A DNA stretch of 63,623 bases, filler included, from Licmophora abbreviata (lineage: Eukaryota): the NCBI GenBank assembly GCA_900291995.1. It is 13 parts of 13 records of this genome, joined end to end, with 100 filler letters (N's around TTAATTAATTAA, not from the genome) between each part and the next. Parts side by side here need not be neighbours in the genome. Positions count along the whole stretch, not along the records: positions 1 to 8,201 come from OLMU01000115.1; positions 8,302 to 16,825 come from OLMU01000118.1; 11 more parts are not named here. One strand, written 5' to 3'. The notes beneath the pieces were generated by a model. It did no database searches. It was not told the DNA's origin and saw only the letters and a program-made list of their open reading frames with translations. Shown piece after piece: positions 1 through 11,051 of this stretch (its first letter is position 1; each line of letters starts with the position of its first letter). Position numbers and translations under genes: made by a program.

Positions 1-645
1 CTTCAGCCCACCGACCCTTGCTTCACGGCTTGGACAATGTTGTTCTCGTGTTGTGTCTCTCATCCATCGGTAATGTATCGAAAGGATGTGATACAAGAGC
101 TCGGAGCGTACAGTGAACACCTGTCATCGGCGGAAGATTACGAACTTTGGCTACGACTGACGAGGGAGAATTGTAGATCGCTCTCATCGATCCCGGCGAT
201 CGGTTTATGGCATCGCAAACATCATGCACGGCCGGCAAAGGCGACCAAGCAGAGCGAAGAAGCTCTCCGATCTGCTACACACATTATCTCGAAGCTTGTT
301 GGGGACGACGTAGACGACTCAGAGTTTTCTACGACTGTCGCCGCACTCCGAAACCCAGAACTTGCCCTGTTAGGCACCCATCTGGACACGGCAGCGTTAT
401 TGTTGATGAAAATGGAGCAGTGTTTCCTGGAGCTACACTCCGATTCGGTTCCGATACGAAGCTCTTTGCTCATTCGTGAGGACTGCAATTCCCGACTTGG
501 CGAGCTGGCGACTTTGAACTGCTTACGCTTTGGAAAGTCCAGATCCATGGTTGTGAACGAATCGGTTGCATGGACCTTGTGGTGCAAACGTAGCCCGCAC
601 CAGTCTATTGAGCGAATAGCGTTGCTTGCGAAAATAAAGGACTAA
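1..645 (+). CDS. Glycosyltransferase family 2-like protein, C-terminal part (5' truncated by window edge)
   Basis: Frame open from base 1; HPSVMYRK...LGAY...AEDYELWLRL matches the GT-A/GT2 C-terminal 'ED..LWLR' region. Confidence 0.7.
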   Translation, partial: LQPTDPCFTAWTMLFSCCVSHPSVMYRKDVIQELGAYSEHLSSAEDYELWLRLTRENCRSLSSIPAIGLWHRKHHARPAKATKQSEEALRSATHIISKLVGDDVDDSEFSTTVAALRNPELALLGTHLDTAALLLMKMEQCFLELHSDSVPIRSSLLIREDCNSRLGELATLNCLRFGKSRSMVVNESVAWTLWCKRSPHQSIERIALLAKIKD

Positions 646-719
646 CTGACTGATGTACGCAAGAATAATTCTATTAACTAAGTATAGGTTGCATTCGCAT
701 GTTGGGCAAAACAGTGGCA

Positions 720-2396
720 CTACAGCGGCCATGGCGCCCAACAGCACTGCATCCGACTGCCATCCATCTCGTCTTCCCATTCCGTTACTTGATTCCATAT
801 TGCTGAAAATGCAGTGAACAGACCTGGATCGTGCTCTCGGAGCTGGCCACGGGTGAAGGGGTAGAACTTGTTGCAGTGCGGCACCAGGGTATCCCTCCGA
901 GAGGAATTGTCTTTCCCGAGGCTTCCAAATAGAAATGCGAGGCCTTTCCCATTGTCGCTCCCCGTTGCAGTGCCCGCAGACTCGCGTTTGCCCAGCACTC
1001 GACGAGATGAGCTGTTCGGCGCCGTACCATCAATCGGCATGATCGTGCGTCGTTTGCTTTGTACACGCTTTACGGCAGCAGGCGCCATAAGCGGCGGAGA
1101 GCATCGATCCATGCTTTTACACCCAGCCGCGTCTAGTTCGCAGTACCCGTCACTCAGGTATGCCACCGACATCTCTGAAAAGAACTCTTTGTGGTTGACC
1201 ATTGCGTATGCTGTGGTATGAGGAACGTCGATCCGCTACGCGTCAGCATAGAGGTTTTTATACCATGAGATCCTTGCCAAGCCATCAATATCGAAACACT
1301 TACCCATATCATGCTCACACTCCATACCAGCCCAATCGCGCCTATACATAAGTCGCGCAACGAAAGGATACGATGAGAACACGCGCCTCTAGCCAACCAC
1401 GACAACAGCTTGACTTAGAGCATGTGAGTATGCCTACCTCAGTATATTTTCGTAAAGACCACTGTTCTTGGCTGTCGTGTATTGCTCTTTTACGGTGTCA
1501 TTCTCCAACCCATCGGGAAGTGCGAACTGATGAATAAGATGACAGAACTCGTGCAATAGCAGTCCACAACCGTTCCAGTGCAGCCGCATCGCCTCGTAAT
1601 CGAAACAGTTGTAAATTTCAATACTTTGCGCCTTTTCCGGCTTGTCGCGAGCCCTGAGTAGAGCGGTAGTAATCTATAAGTGACGCCACAACAGAACTCG
1701 CATCACTGTCTTCTAACGCTGAACCTACCATAGGAGCCACCCTTCGTGATGATGCGCCGTGCTATGGTTGACGTTGCGTGGCTTAGCCCGGGGTCCGTAA
1801 TAAAATGTCGTATTCACCCAAATTTGGGTTCGCCGGACCAGAGCATGGACCGAACGAGGCAAAATAGACAGACAGGCTTGCACGTCTTTGTTGATGTTTC
1901 GTAAGACCGAAGGGCACCGGGCCATTACATCGGGTCGACACAATACTGTCACTCCGCACCGCAACTGCATGGGAACGTACACTAGGACCGAATTGTCAAT
2001 CAGCGAAGTGGAAGGAGGATACGAAGGAGCTGGGGGAGAAGAGGAAGAAGCCAGGACATCGTCGTCGTCGATCAGTGATGTGTTCATGTTGAATCCTGGG
2101 CGGTGATGATGATTACTAATAGTATTCCCGGCATTCTGTTGTAGCGGCCCTTCACTCATGAGTTGCATATCTCCCTCGGTTCTTGTTATCATCGCAGGTA
2201 AAGGCTTATCTAGCGCCATGGGAGGCGACAAAGATGACGGTGAAGGCGATTTTGCAGACTGAAACAGCTCCTTCGCCCCGGAGCTGCCTGTCGATGTCGT
2301 CGTCGAGGCTATTACCATTGTGGTTTTCGACTCAAAGGTTTTCGATTCAATCTTTTCCTTTTTTCCCAGAGGCAGCCGCAGTCGGACGTAATGCAA
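720..2396 (-). CDS. Zinc metallopeptidase-like protein (HEXXH), 4 exons; start may be Met at 2318
   Basis: Exon missed by the ORF track (about 1440-1655) reads ARDKPEKAQSIEIYNCFDYEAMRLHWNGCGLLLHEFCHLIHQF (HEFCH at 1539-1553). Last exon has YAMVNHKEFFSE (third Zn ligand Glu) and NKFYPFTRGQLREHDP. GT-AG introns join the pieces. Confidence 0.75.
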
Positions 2397-2804
2397 CAGA
2401 TATAAAAACAGTCACGGCTGCTAGCTGCTAGCAGGGTGTCGATGCAACGAGGAAGTCAAAGGGATTACGCGGTGGCAGCGATAATATGAGGCCTGAGCTG
2501 TGATGTTTTTCGCGGATGATGTCTCGTCGTGCTAGCAATGTTTCGACCTGAAGTTTTGAGGAAGGAGAGCTCGTCGCGGCGGCTATGCCTGCACGCGACA
2601 CAATCATGATGCGTTCATCACACAAACATGATACCATTCGACAAACTGATCGATGTTTGATCAGCGTTACATTGAAACTTGAAGGTATGGTCGGCTAGAG
2701 ACAGTGATGTCTCATCGCTTTTGATAGCTATTCGTCGAAGAGTAGGTACAGTTATATCATTAATTGCTTATTCCCGGCTGCCTCCAGCCATTGTCGATGA
2801 TATG

Positions 2805-3587
2805 TCACATCAGCAGAGCGCTGAATCGATTGGACACTCTAACATCATCAATGCTTGAGTCGCTTTCAGATGTAGCAGAATCTCGTTCATCGAAGTCTTT
2901 GTTCGATTGATGGTCCACCAGTTCTACGGACCCCGCGACTCCATCGCCTTGTCGTTGAACAGTCTCATCCTCGACGAAACGTTGAACCGATCCTCTCGCC
3001 TCTTCTTCGACATCCTCTCCCTGCATGAGCCCTAGTCCGTCTATCTTCAAGGTGGGTCCTTTCTCACGGATAAACTTGGCTTCAAGAGCGCAGTTATCTA
3101 GAGAATACCGCTTCGCTTCAGAGTCACTCTTCGGATCGCGTACGCGCACTTGTATTCGATTGCCCACGAGCAGTCCCTCTTCTCTACATCGTTTCAGAAC
3201 CCATAACCTCCGGTTGTTCAACGAAAAGTACCAAGGGCCGCTCTCATCAGTCGGTCCAACAAGGACCTACGTATCGCCACGATCACAATTTCATAAGACG
3301 ACAGGGGAAGTGAGTGTGGCATCCAGAGCGCTTTCTAGAGCCACGCTCAGTTACTTTTCTCCTACCTGTATAGGTGGAAGATCACTAGGACTTAATTCAC
3401 CGCGTCGTATTGAGCCCAAGGTGTCGTGAACGCTACGACCGCAGGTGGAAAAGTATGGCCGAATTTTCGAATGTTGGAATCGAACGCGGGCGGGATCCAC
3501 CTCTATGAGCCCGCTGTGATGACTTGGATCGTTCACCGATGACGATGACTTCGATCCTTTCTTCTTCCTGGATGACTTCTTTGCCAT
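2805..3587 (-). CDS. Small hypothetical protein with ParB/sulfiredoxin-like N-terminal domain, 2 exons
   Basis: VDPARVRFQHSKIRPYF...LPPIQV, then an intron, then PWYFSLNNRRLWVLK; acidic C-terminal tail. Confidence 0.5.
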
Positions 3588-3939
3588 GTTTTAATATCAA
3601 ACGAATGGGCCTTGGTATGATCCTGGAGCTGCAGTTGACTGACAAGTCTACTCCCTCTCAGCACTCACACCGCGGTGCCGCCGGCGTCTATGTGAACTCT
3701 CTCGTCGTTACTTCGCGCTCGATGTTTCATGTTGGATGTTTCGCATTTTGCGCGCGCCGCGACAGTCAGCTGTGACGCGATGATGACGTCTGAAGCGGGC
3801 GAGCCTCAAAAACTCTCAAAGGCGCTCTCGATACCGACCAAAGTCAAAGACACATTCGAACATCATCACTTCGCCGCTCTCGCGTCTCATGTGATTTGTC
3901 TCATAATGTCTTCAGCATCTACCTGAAGGATATGGCATC

Positions 3940-5838
3940 ATGTCGTCGACAACAGGAAATAAGTTCGTGCAAGAGGACGATATGAGCCGAGACGGGGCGT
4001 CGTCATCAGAAAGCAGCTCGTCCAACACTTCCGACCCTCAACATCATCAGCCCAGTTTGGAGTTGGTCGACTCGTCGGGAGCAATCACCAGAAGCACGGC
4101 TCCTGATTACTTCGAGTCAAGGACTAGAGATACGGTACCGAACAACGCATCTTTTTCCTCGAGTCGAACTTGGGCAGTTTTCTTGTTTTCCATTACGACT
4201 ATCCTTCTATTTGCAGATCAGAATCTGATGGCTCCCAACCTCACAGCGATTGCCGACGAATTCCACTTTTCCAACGACGAACGCGACCGAAAACTGGGAG
4301 GTGATATTGCCTTAGCATTCTTTCTACTCGGTGCCCCAGCGTCCTTTCTTGTGGGATGCCTGGCGGACCAATCGAATCGGTCTGTCTTGTTTGCATGGAC
4401 TGTAGGAATCGGCGAAGGAGCTTGTCTGGCCACCTGGTTCTCTCGAACGTACTTACAGCTGTATGTTTGTCGTGCTGTGACAGGCTTCTCGGTGGGTGGT
4501 GCGCTGCCCTTGATATACAGCGTGCTGGGTGATCTGTTCGCGGCAGAAGATCGACATATCGTCAGTGCACTAGTCGGTATGGGGACGGGCCTTGGGATTG
4601 CACTGGGTCAGGGCGTTGCCGGCTTCTTGGGACCCACATTGGGATGGCGAGCACCTTTTCTGGTCATCAGTCTTCCAGCACTGGCGTGTGCAGCAATAGT
4701 CTTCTTCACTGTACAAGATCCAGCACGAGGTAGTATGGAGAAGGCTGTGTTGGAACGCAGGCGATATCGTTCAACAGCCTCCGCATATGTTCCACTGAAC
4801 ACTTCTGCCGCTATCACCGTTGGCAGTAGGAGTCTTGGACAGAGCACAAATGATACCAGCAAGAATATTCCGTCACTGGGGACTCGGCAAAGGGTTCACT
4901 CTCAACTGTCGACAGAAGGCGAGGAGCAGAATGGCATTACCCCACTTTCACGACGTAGCGAAACGGGGGTCGACGACGATCCGTACGTGGAATCGATGCA
5001 CTTCGGCCAAGATTGGAGAAGTCATTTTGATACCACATTGTCGCTGCTAGCAACACCGACGGTGGTACTTACGCTACTCCAGGGAGCACCTGGATGCGTC
5101 CCGTGGGGTGTCGTAAATACATATTTGAACGACTTTCTGTCGGAAAACCGCGGAATGACAGTTGAGGTGAGTGGTCGTGAGATGTTTTATGTGCTGATAG
5201 CATCAGGTATCCTCATATCGCTGATACGCTGCTGGGTTTCCTCGATTGATTCGTTAAAGGGGGCGACACTAGTTGTTCTATTTTTTGGCATCGGCAACTT
5301 TCTCGGGATGTTGCTCGGTGGAGGGGCCGGGCGATATCTATACAAGCTGGATCCGAGATACCCGCCACTCTTTGCTGGGGTCATGGCGATTCTCGGATGC
5401 ATTCCATTTTGGTTTCTGCTCAACGACATTAGCTCTTCGAGTCACTATCTTTGGATTGGCACAGTGACGATACTGGCGGGCCTCGGAACCGCCGCCACGG
5501 GACCGATTGTCAAGGCCACACTTCAGAATGTCACCTTACCGACCGCACGCGGGCAGTCCTTTGCAATGTACACGCTGTTTGATGATTTTGGTCGAGGGTT
5601 GGGCCCCGTCTTTGTGTCGATGCTAATTGTCAACATGGGTGGGAGGACGCCAGCCTTCAACATTGGAACACTTGGATGGATATTTTGCGGTATCATCAAT
5701 ATGGTCATGTTCGTGACGGTAGCCCGTGACGAAGCCAAAGTACAAGCCACTCTGACTGCAAGCCTATCTGATGATCACGCCCAACGGAATGAAGACGACG
5801 ATCTTATTGGTATCACCCCCACGGTCGGTTTTGTATAA
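3940..5838 (+). CDS. Major facilitator superfamily transporter (Spinster-like); probable in-frame intron 5167-5259
   Basis: About 12 hydrophobic segments; LLFADQNLMAP, GCLAD..NR motif A-like, LGWRAPF; large central loop. Confidence 0.85.
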   Translation: MSSTTGNKFVQEDDMSRDGASSSESSSSNTSDPQHHQPSLELVDSSGAITRSTAPDYFESRTRDTVPNNASFSSSRTWAVFLFSITTILLFADQNLMAPNLTAIADEFHFSNDERDRKLGGDIALAFFLLGAPASFLVGCLADQSNRSVLFAWTVGIGEGACLATWFSRTYLQLYVCRAVTGFSVGGALPLIYSVLGDLFAAEDRHIVSALVGMGTGLGIALGQGVAGFLGPTLGWRAPFLVISLPALACAAIVFFTVQDPARGSMEKAVLERRRYRSTASAYVPLNTSAAITVGSRSLGQSTNDTSKNIPSLGTRQRVHSQLSTEGEEQNGITPLSRRSETGVDDDPYVESMHFGQDWRSHFDTTLSLLATPTVVLTLLQGAPGCVPWGVVNTYLNDFLSENRGMTVEVSGREMFYVLIASGILISLIRCWVSSIDSLKGATLVVLFFGIGNFLGMLLGGGAGRYLYKLDPRYPPLFAGVMAILGCIPFWFLLNDISSSSHYLWIGTVTILAGLGTAATGPIVKATLQNVTLPTARGQSFAMYTLFDDFGRGLGPVFVSMLIVNMGGRTPAFNIGTLGWIFCGIINMVMFVTVARDEAKVQATLTASLSDDHAQRNEDDDLIGITPTVGFV

Positions 5839-6065
5839 GCATCGCTCGTTTTGACCATGAGATGTTGACGGCTCAAGGATTCACGTTCAGGTATCTTCTG
5901 TCGAGACCATTCTTTCGTTCCTCTACAACTTCAGTGAATAATGGAATAGCTAGACAGATCGAGTGTAATTTAGCTCAATCTTTTCTATTTACCCTACTTC
6001 ATTCCATTGATCATGCCCAAATCGCGAACTACGTGTACTCGAATTTCCAAAGATACGCGCCTCCC

Positions 6066-6503
6066 TTACGCCTCTTGCTCGGCAGCCTTTCCAAACTTGG
6101 CAACAATTTCAAGATAATGAGTTTCCTCGTACAAGCGAGCAACCGGTGTTCCATCTCGAAACATGATCATGGAAGGGCTCATTTCATCGGCGCTCCACAG
6201 TTTGGCCAGTTCGGGATAGTCTTGCTGCTTGATGCTAACGAGAGTGCATCGGTCTTCCAAGAGTTTCTTGGCTCGGAAAATGTCATTCTTGATTGCATTT
6301 TCGGTACCAGCATCGTAAAAGTTGATGAGCACAGGCTTGTCTTCGGGGAACTTGGCGAGAATCTCATCCATCGAGTTGTACTTGGCCTGAAGTGCCACGG
6401 ATGGACGCATGAACGCCACGCCGTTCGAGGCAGCTGGCACGAAAGCCTCCGAGACAGAAGCCACAAGAGCAGCGACACAGACAGACGCGAAACCCAATTT
6501 CAT
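6066..6503 (-). CDS. Plastid-targeted thioredoxin-fold protein lacking CXXC
   Basis: MKLGFASVCVAALVASVSEA|FVP bipartite presequence; KPVLINFYD...YPELAKLW...SPSMIMFRDGTPVARL follows the thioredoxin pattern. Confidence 0.65.
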   Translation of the reverse strand: MKLGFASVCVAALVASVSEAFVPAASNGVAFMRPSVALQAKYNSMDEILAKFPEDKPVLINFYDAGTENAIKNDIFRAKKLLEDRCTLVSIKQQDYPELAKLWSADEMSPSMIMFRDGTPVARLYEETHYLEIVAKFGKAAEQEA

Positions 6504-6840
6504 AGCGTAAAACGACAGGAGGAGCGGCTGAGAAGTAGAGGGTAGATCCACAAAGTGACGACGGCAGATCGAAGAACTCGATAGACGACTTGTGGTGAGT
6601 GAGGCCACCGCTGAAAATTGATGGCAAAAGATCTTCGTCGCAACTTCCGTAGGCTTTCCTCCACGTGGCACTTCTCTGAGCTTGTGTCAGTAAAGAAGAC
6701 CTCGTAGAGCTCGCGAGCCTCCCGCGATGGAGTGTGAAGTATCGAAAAACACCCTTCGACCATAGCACAATGGCACCTATAGTGTACCATACCTGGTACA
6801 ACCACAGCTCATCCATCCGCAAAGCAACATCAGCACCACC

Positions 6841-8201
6841 ATGTCTCTGATAACATCGGTAGACACTGTGCGAACCGGCACACGGCAGACACAAGCACAA
6901 GAAGAAAGTGGCGCCAGTTTAATGTGCATTCAGGAACTCAAGTTACCTTCCAAGAAACTCGGACCACATTTCGAGTACACATCGCAATCGCCCGCATGGC
7001 AATGTTCGTTTTCTCGAGACGGCCGCTGGTTAGCGGCATGCTATGGAGCACCGGATCCGTGTGTACGAATATGGGAAGTCACTGGAAGTAGTGGGGGAGA
7101 GATTCACCAGAGTTTGTGCTGCACGCGACGCTGCATCTACAGGAGCGAACCATGCGGTCTGTCTCGTTTGCGCCTACCAAGGTCCCCATTTTGGCATCTG
7201 CATCGTTTGATGGCACCATTGCCATATGGGAGTGTGTAAGCGAATCCAGCAAGGAATGGGAATGTATCGCACAATTAGAAGGACACGACAACGAAGTCAA
7301 ATGTGTCAAGTTTAATGCGACCGGAAGTTTGCTCGCGACATGTGGGCGGGACAAGTCAGTGTGGATCTGGGAGTGCTTTCTTCCGGGGACCATCGGTGGA
7401 CCAGATCTTTTGTCGAGTGAAAACGGGGGTGGTGACTTTGAGTGTCTTGCAGTTCTGAATGGGCACGAGGGAGACGTCAAATGCATCGAATTTGCATCTA
7501 GTCATGGACAGTGGGGGGATGGTAGGTGATAATCCGAACATGTGTACCGCGCATTGCCCTGAGTATTCTCACGTTGATTGTATTACTCCAGGAGACGAGA
7601 TTCTGATATCTGCATCCTACGACAATTCCATAAAAGTCTGGGCAGAAGATGCTGGAGACTGGTACTGCGCTTCTACGCTTTCGGCGCACTCGGCGACAGT
7701 TTGGTCTGTTGCCATCGCAGCTGGAGGTTCGCGCCTCATATCTGGCTCGGACGACGGAAGTGTTGGTATTTTTAAGTGCTACACTCAGAAAGAAAAGGCA
7801 GAACGATTTCCAGATGCAGAGTCTGGAAGGTGAGTACGGGCATGGACTACGTGCAAACGGGTGCACACTAGATCTTGTGAGCTAACTCTACTGATCTGTT
7901 TAGCAACGGCATGTGGGATTGCGTTGGAAAACTTCCGGACGCGCACTCGAAAACAGTCTACTCGGTCCATTGTGCCCCAGCGCGTGCCGGTCATGGCAGG
8001 ATTGCGTCTTCGGGTGCCGACGATCGCATTCAGGTCTATCGAGAAGCCATGGGAAGCACCTCGGACCAACCACTCTTTTCGCTCGAGGTAGTTGCAGAAA
8101 CTGACCATGGCGACGTCAACTGTGTTTGTTGGCATCCATGGGATGGATCACTGCTGGTGTCAGCAGGAGATGATGGGTCTGTGCGCCTGTGGAGATATAC
8201 A
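6841..8201 (+). CDS. CIAO1: Cytosolic Fe-S assembly WD40 protein CIA1/CIAO1 (2 introns, one frameshift at about 7093-7101, runs into spacer)
   Basis: [82 protein letters not shown]. Confidence 0.9.
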
Positions 8202-8301
8202 NNNNNNNNNNNNNNNNNNNNNNNNNNNNNNNNNNNNNNNNNNNNTTAATTAATTAANNNNNNNNNNNNNNNNNNNNNNNNNNNNNNNNNNNNNNNNNNN
8301 N
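8202..8301. other. Artificial 100-nt contig spacer N44-TTAATTAATTAA-N44 (1 of 12; others at 16826, 24472, 28433, 34405, 43152, 51482, 55874, 57420, 58878, 60919, 62175)
   Basis: Identical six-frame-stop linker embedded in Ns at each site. Confidence 0.98.
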
Positions 8302-9089
8302 AGATTGAAGTTACGAGAGAAGAGGTCTCTGCTACTGATGTCTGTGTAGACCATGTGGGCGACCAGTATTGCCAACATGACAATCTTGTGATCGTCAGAT
8401 TCTCATGGCGTATGTTTTTGTCTCTTATGAGACTCTTAATTTGTGGAACCCTTTCGAAAAAACACGTATGATACTCTGGCCACTATTACCAGTATGTGCC
8501 AAGTGCAGGAAGCAACAGTATTTCCCGAGGTAAATACTCTCAAGTGTGTCTCGATGGCTTGCGCAAGCATGTGATGTCCAAAAACAAATACGCCGTTTAC
8601 CAGACGGACGATGTGCACAGACACGTCGGTGTCGAGAAGTTTGTTGTAGATTCTGATGCTGACCACCCTATGGAGGATGGACTAATGGATGGCTTCACAT
8701 CATGTCGTATACCGTGTCCTCCGACCATCGGACTCATTATCCACTTTTTTCGTTGATACAGAATATATCAATGGAGCCCAACGGTGAGAATGGTGAATCT
8801 ACGATGTCTGTCTATATTCCACGGCCATGACGATATGCAAAAGATCGAGACTCTGCAGCAGTAGGTCTGGTCGACATTCAAATCAGTCTTTAAAGTTCTC
8901 CGAGCCGCTAGCGAAATACGTACGATAGATCGATCCATGAACCTTTCTAACTTACTTGCGTCGTCTTTCTCCACTAGAACCCGGGCATAACAAGATCTCT
9001 TTCTTCGCCGCGACGGCTGACTACAGTTCTTCAATATGATATGAGCTATCCTATTCCGTAATGCTAAATCAGCTTAGATCGTGCTCTTA

Positions 9090-10351
9090 TCAAACTTGAA
9101 GTCGCTTGGCTCGTTCCAAGCTTAAAAGTCGTTTGCCTCGCTTCATTGCAATCTCCTCCATGGATTCATGCGTCATGATCGCCTTGAAAGTGGCGTACAC
9201 GACGTTGTACACGTTGCGATTGCCGTGAGTCTTGCTCGAGCAATCGGTAATACCAAAGTACATAAGAATGAGCTCCACAAGGTCGTGGCCCACAAGGCCC
9301 CGGTCGGGCTCGACGGCGCGCAGGATGACCTTGCACGAGTTGTGTCGACCGACGAGATCTCTTGTCAGGCCCGACCCTTGATAGCGATCCACAAAGAAGA
9401 TGTTTCGCCTGGCCATTCTGGACGCAATCGCGGAGGCATCGTTGGGATTATTGGCCTTCCCGATACCAAAACCAGCACAGCCATTGAGGTTACCTCCAAT
9501 AATCAGTGCACGGTAGCGCACCATGGTTCCGCCTCGTTGGACTTTCTGTACACGGTCCACAGTGATCAAAGCTTCGCCCCTGGCAGACAGCGATTGGCGG
9601 GAACTGCGCGTGAGCAAGGAGAAGCGAACAAGTCATCGCCCGCAGCAAGGGAAGTCTCTTCTTACCAATCTCCAAATGCAAGCTGGTTAGGGTCGCGCTT
9701 CTTTCCTTGGTTATCACTTTCGTCATCTTCGAGGTACTTTTCTTCTTCGGCTTCATCCATGTTGTCAAACTTGTCTCCTTCGTCGTCTGGGTCGAGTCCA
9801 TCCAGGTCCAACTGCTCGATTCGCTCTTTCTCTATAAAATCGTCCAGACCCTTCATGAAACTCTTACGATCCTTCTCATCCCAAGCAGCCAAAGCAATAG
9901 CACGACGCTCACCGACAAGATCTTCGGTCGTTCCTTCTTCCGTCGTCAAATAGTCGACCATGCGCAGCTGCTCTTCAACACTGAGAGGCTGTCCATCGCG
10001 CTCCTTTCTTTGTTTCCATGTATAGCGGATAGCATCTGCACCTAGAGGTCCATACGTAGCCGTCAACGGATCGTCCGACTCATATGATCCTATCTCAATT
10101 TGCTTGTCCTGCGGCTTTTCAGTGGTGTTCGGATCGATCGGCCCTTTCCTTTGCACTCCACGCGGCTTTAATGGACGATAGTTCTTACTTGGACGTCGCC
10201 GAGGACGGAAGGTAATACTTGTCGGGGAAGCACCACCGAAGATGAATCGAGTGGTAACGCTGGCTGCACGGGTCTCCCCACAACTAATTGCTGACACCGC
10301 GCATAGTGAGGCCGACCTCGATTTCAGAGTTCTCCGCACAATTGGATTCAT
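9090..10351 (-). CDS. MRPS5: Mitochondrial ribosomal protein S5 (uS5m), intron 9580-9665
   Basis: VDRVQKVQRGGTMVRYRALIIGGNLNGCAGFGIGKA and GITDCSSKTHGNRNVYNVVYATFKAI are uS5 N/C domains; Arg/Ser-rich mitochondrial-type presequence. Confidence 0.9.
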
Positions 10352-11051
10352 TCTCCGGAAAAATTAAAATTTGGCAGCAAGAACACTCAGATTGAAAGGT
10401 TGGCGGAGCCGAAGCACGCAATATAAGGTGGTGGAAGGGGCAGCGTTTTGTGCACCGCAGCGTCGAGAGCTTTGTGCTGTCTCTCAGCACACCGCGCCCA
10501 CGCCATAATCGCGGACACACGCAGCGAAAACGCACGACGGGCGAGATTGACGATTCATATGTACGTCGCACTGATGTCGTCATCGTGTCGCAAGTGTGTC
10601 TCATCTGGTGAGGCGCAAAAAGAAAGTCCCGGATGCGAGCTATTCCGATTGGTTTAAGTCGTGCATTCAATCACCAAAATGCGTAATTAGTTCACGCTCC
10701 CAAGACTAGGCGACTCAGTCATGATGCCATCTGTTGCCAATGCTTCATCAAGGCTAGCTACTGTTGTAAGCGTGAGACGACCGATGAGCTAGGTACATGA
10801 GTGACAAAGATGTCGTCCAGTCGACGATTACTTGTCAGAAATGCGGTTGTCGATGGGAAGCAAGCGTCTAAATGTACTCTGGTCTAAAATATTTACTGAG
10901 TACAACATAAATCACATCTAGGAGACGATGGCCTGTGTATGGAGACCTTTGTATAGACAGGATAGCGGTGTAAGCAATATGCATGGTGAAAGAATGCTCG
11001 GTAGAATAGAGCAAACTTAGTCTCTAGAAACACCATAAACCGACGACGGCC

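Noticed and set aside
5862..6545. Long antisense ORFs (e.g. 5862-6545, 9168-9953, 49160-49777)
   Set aside because: Shadow frames opposite well-supported genes, with no motifs of their own
8246..8257. TTAATTAATTAA repeated 12 times, as a possible biological repeat, CRISPR array or IS target
   Set aside because: Always centred in identical N-runs; an artificial six-frame-stop linker
8302..8756. Possible coding fragment with Cys/His residues after the first spacer
   Set aside because: No recognisable family and ambiguous splicing, so no call can be supported
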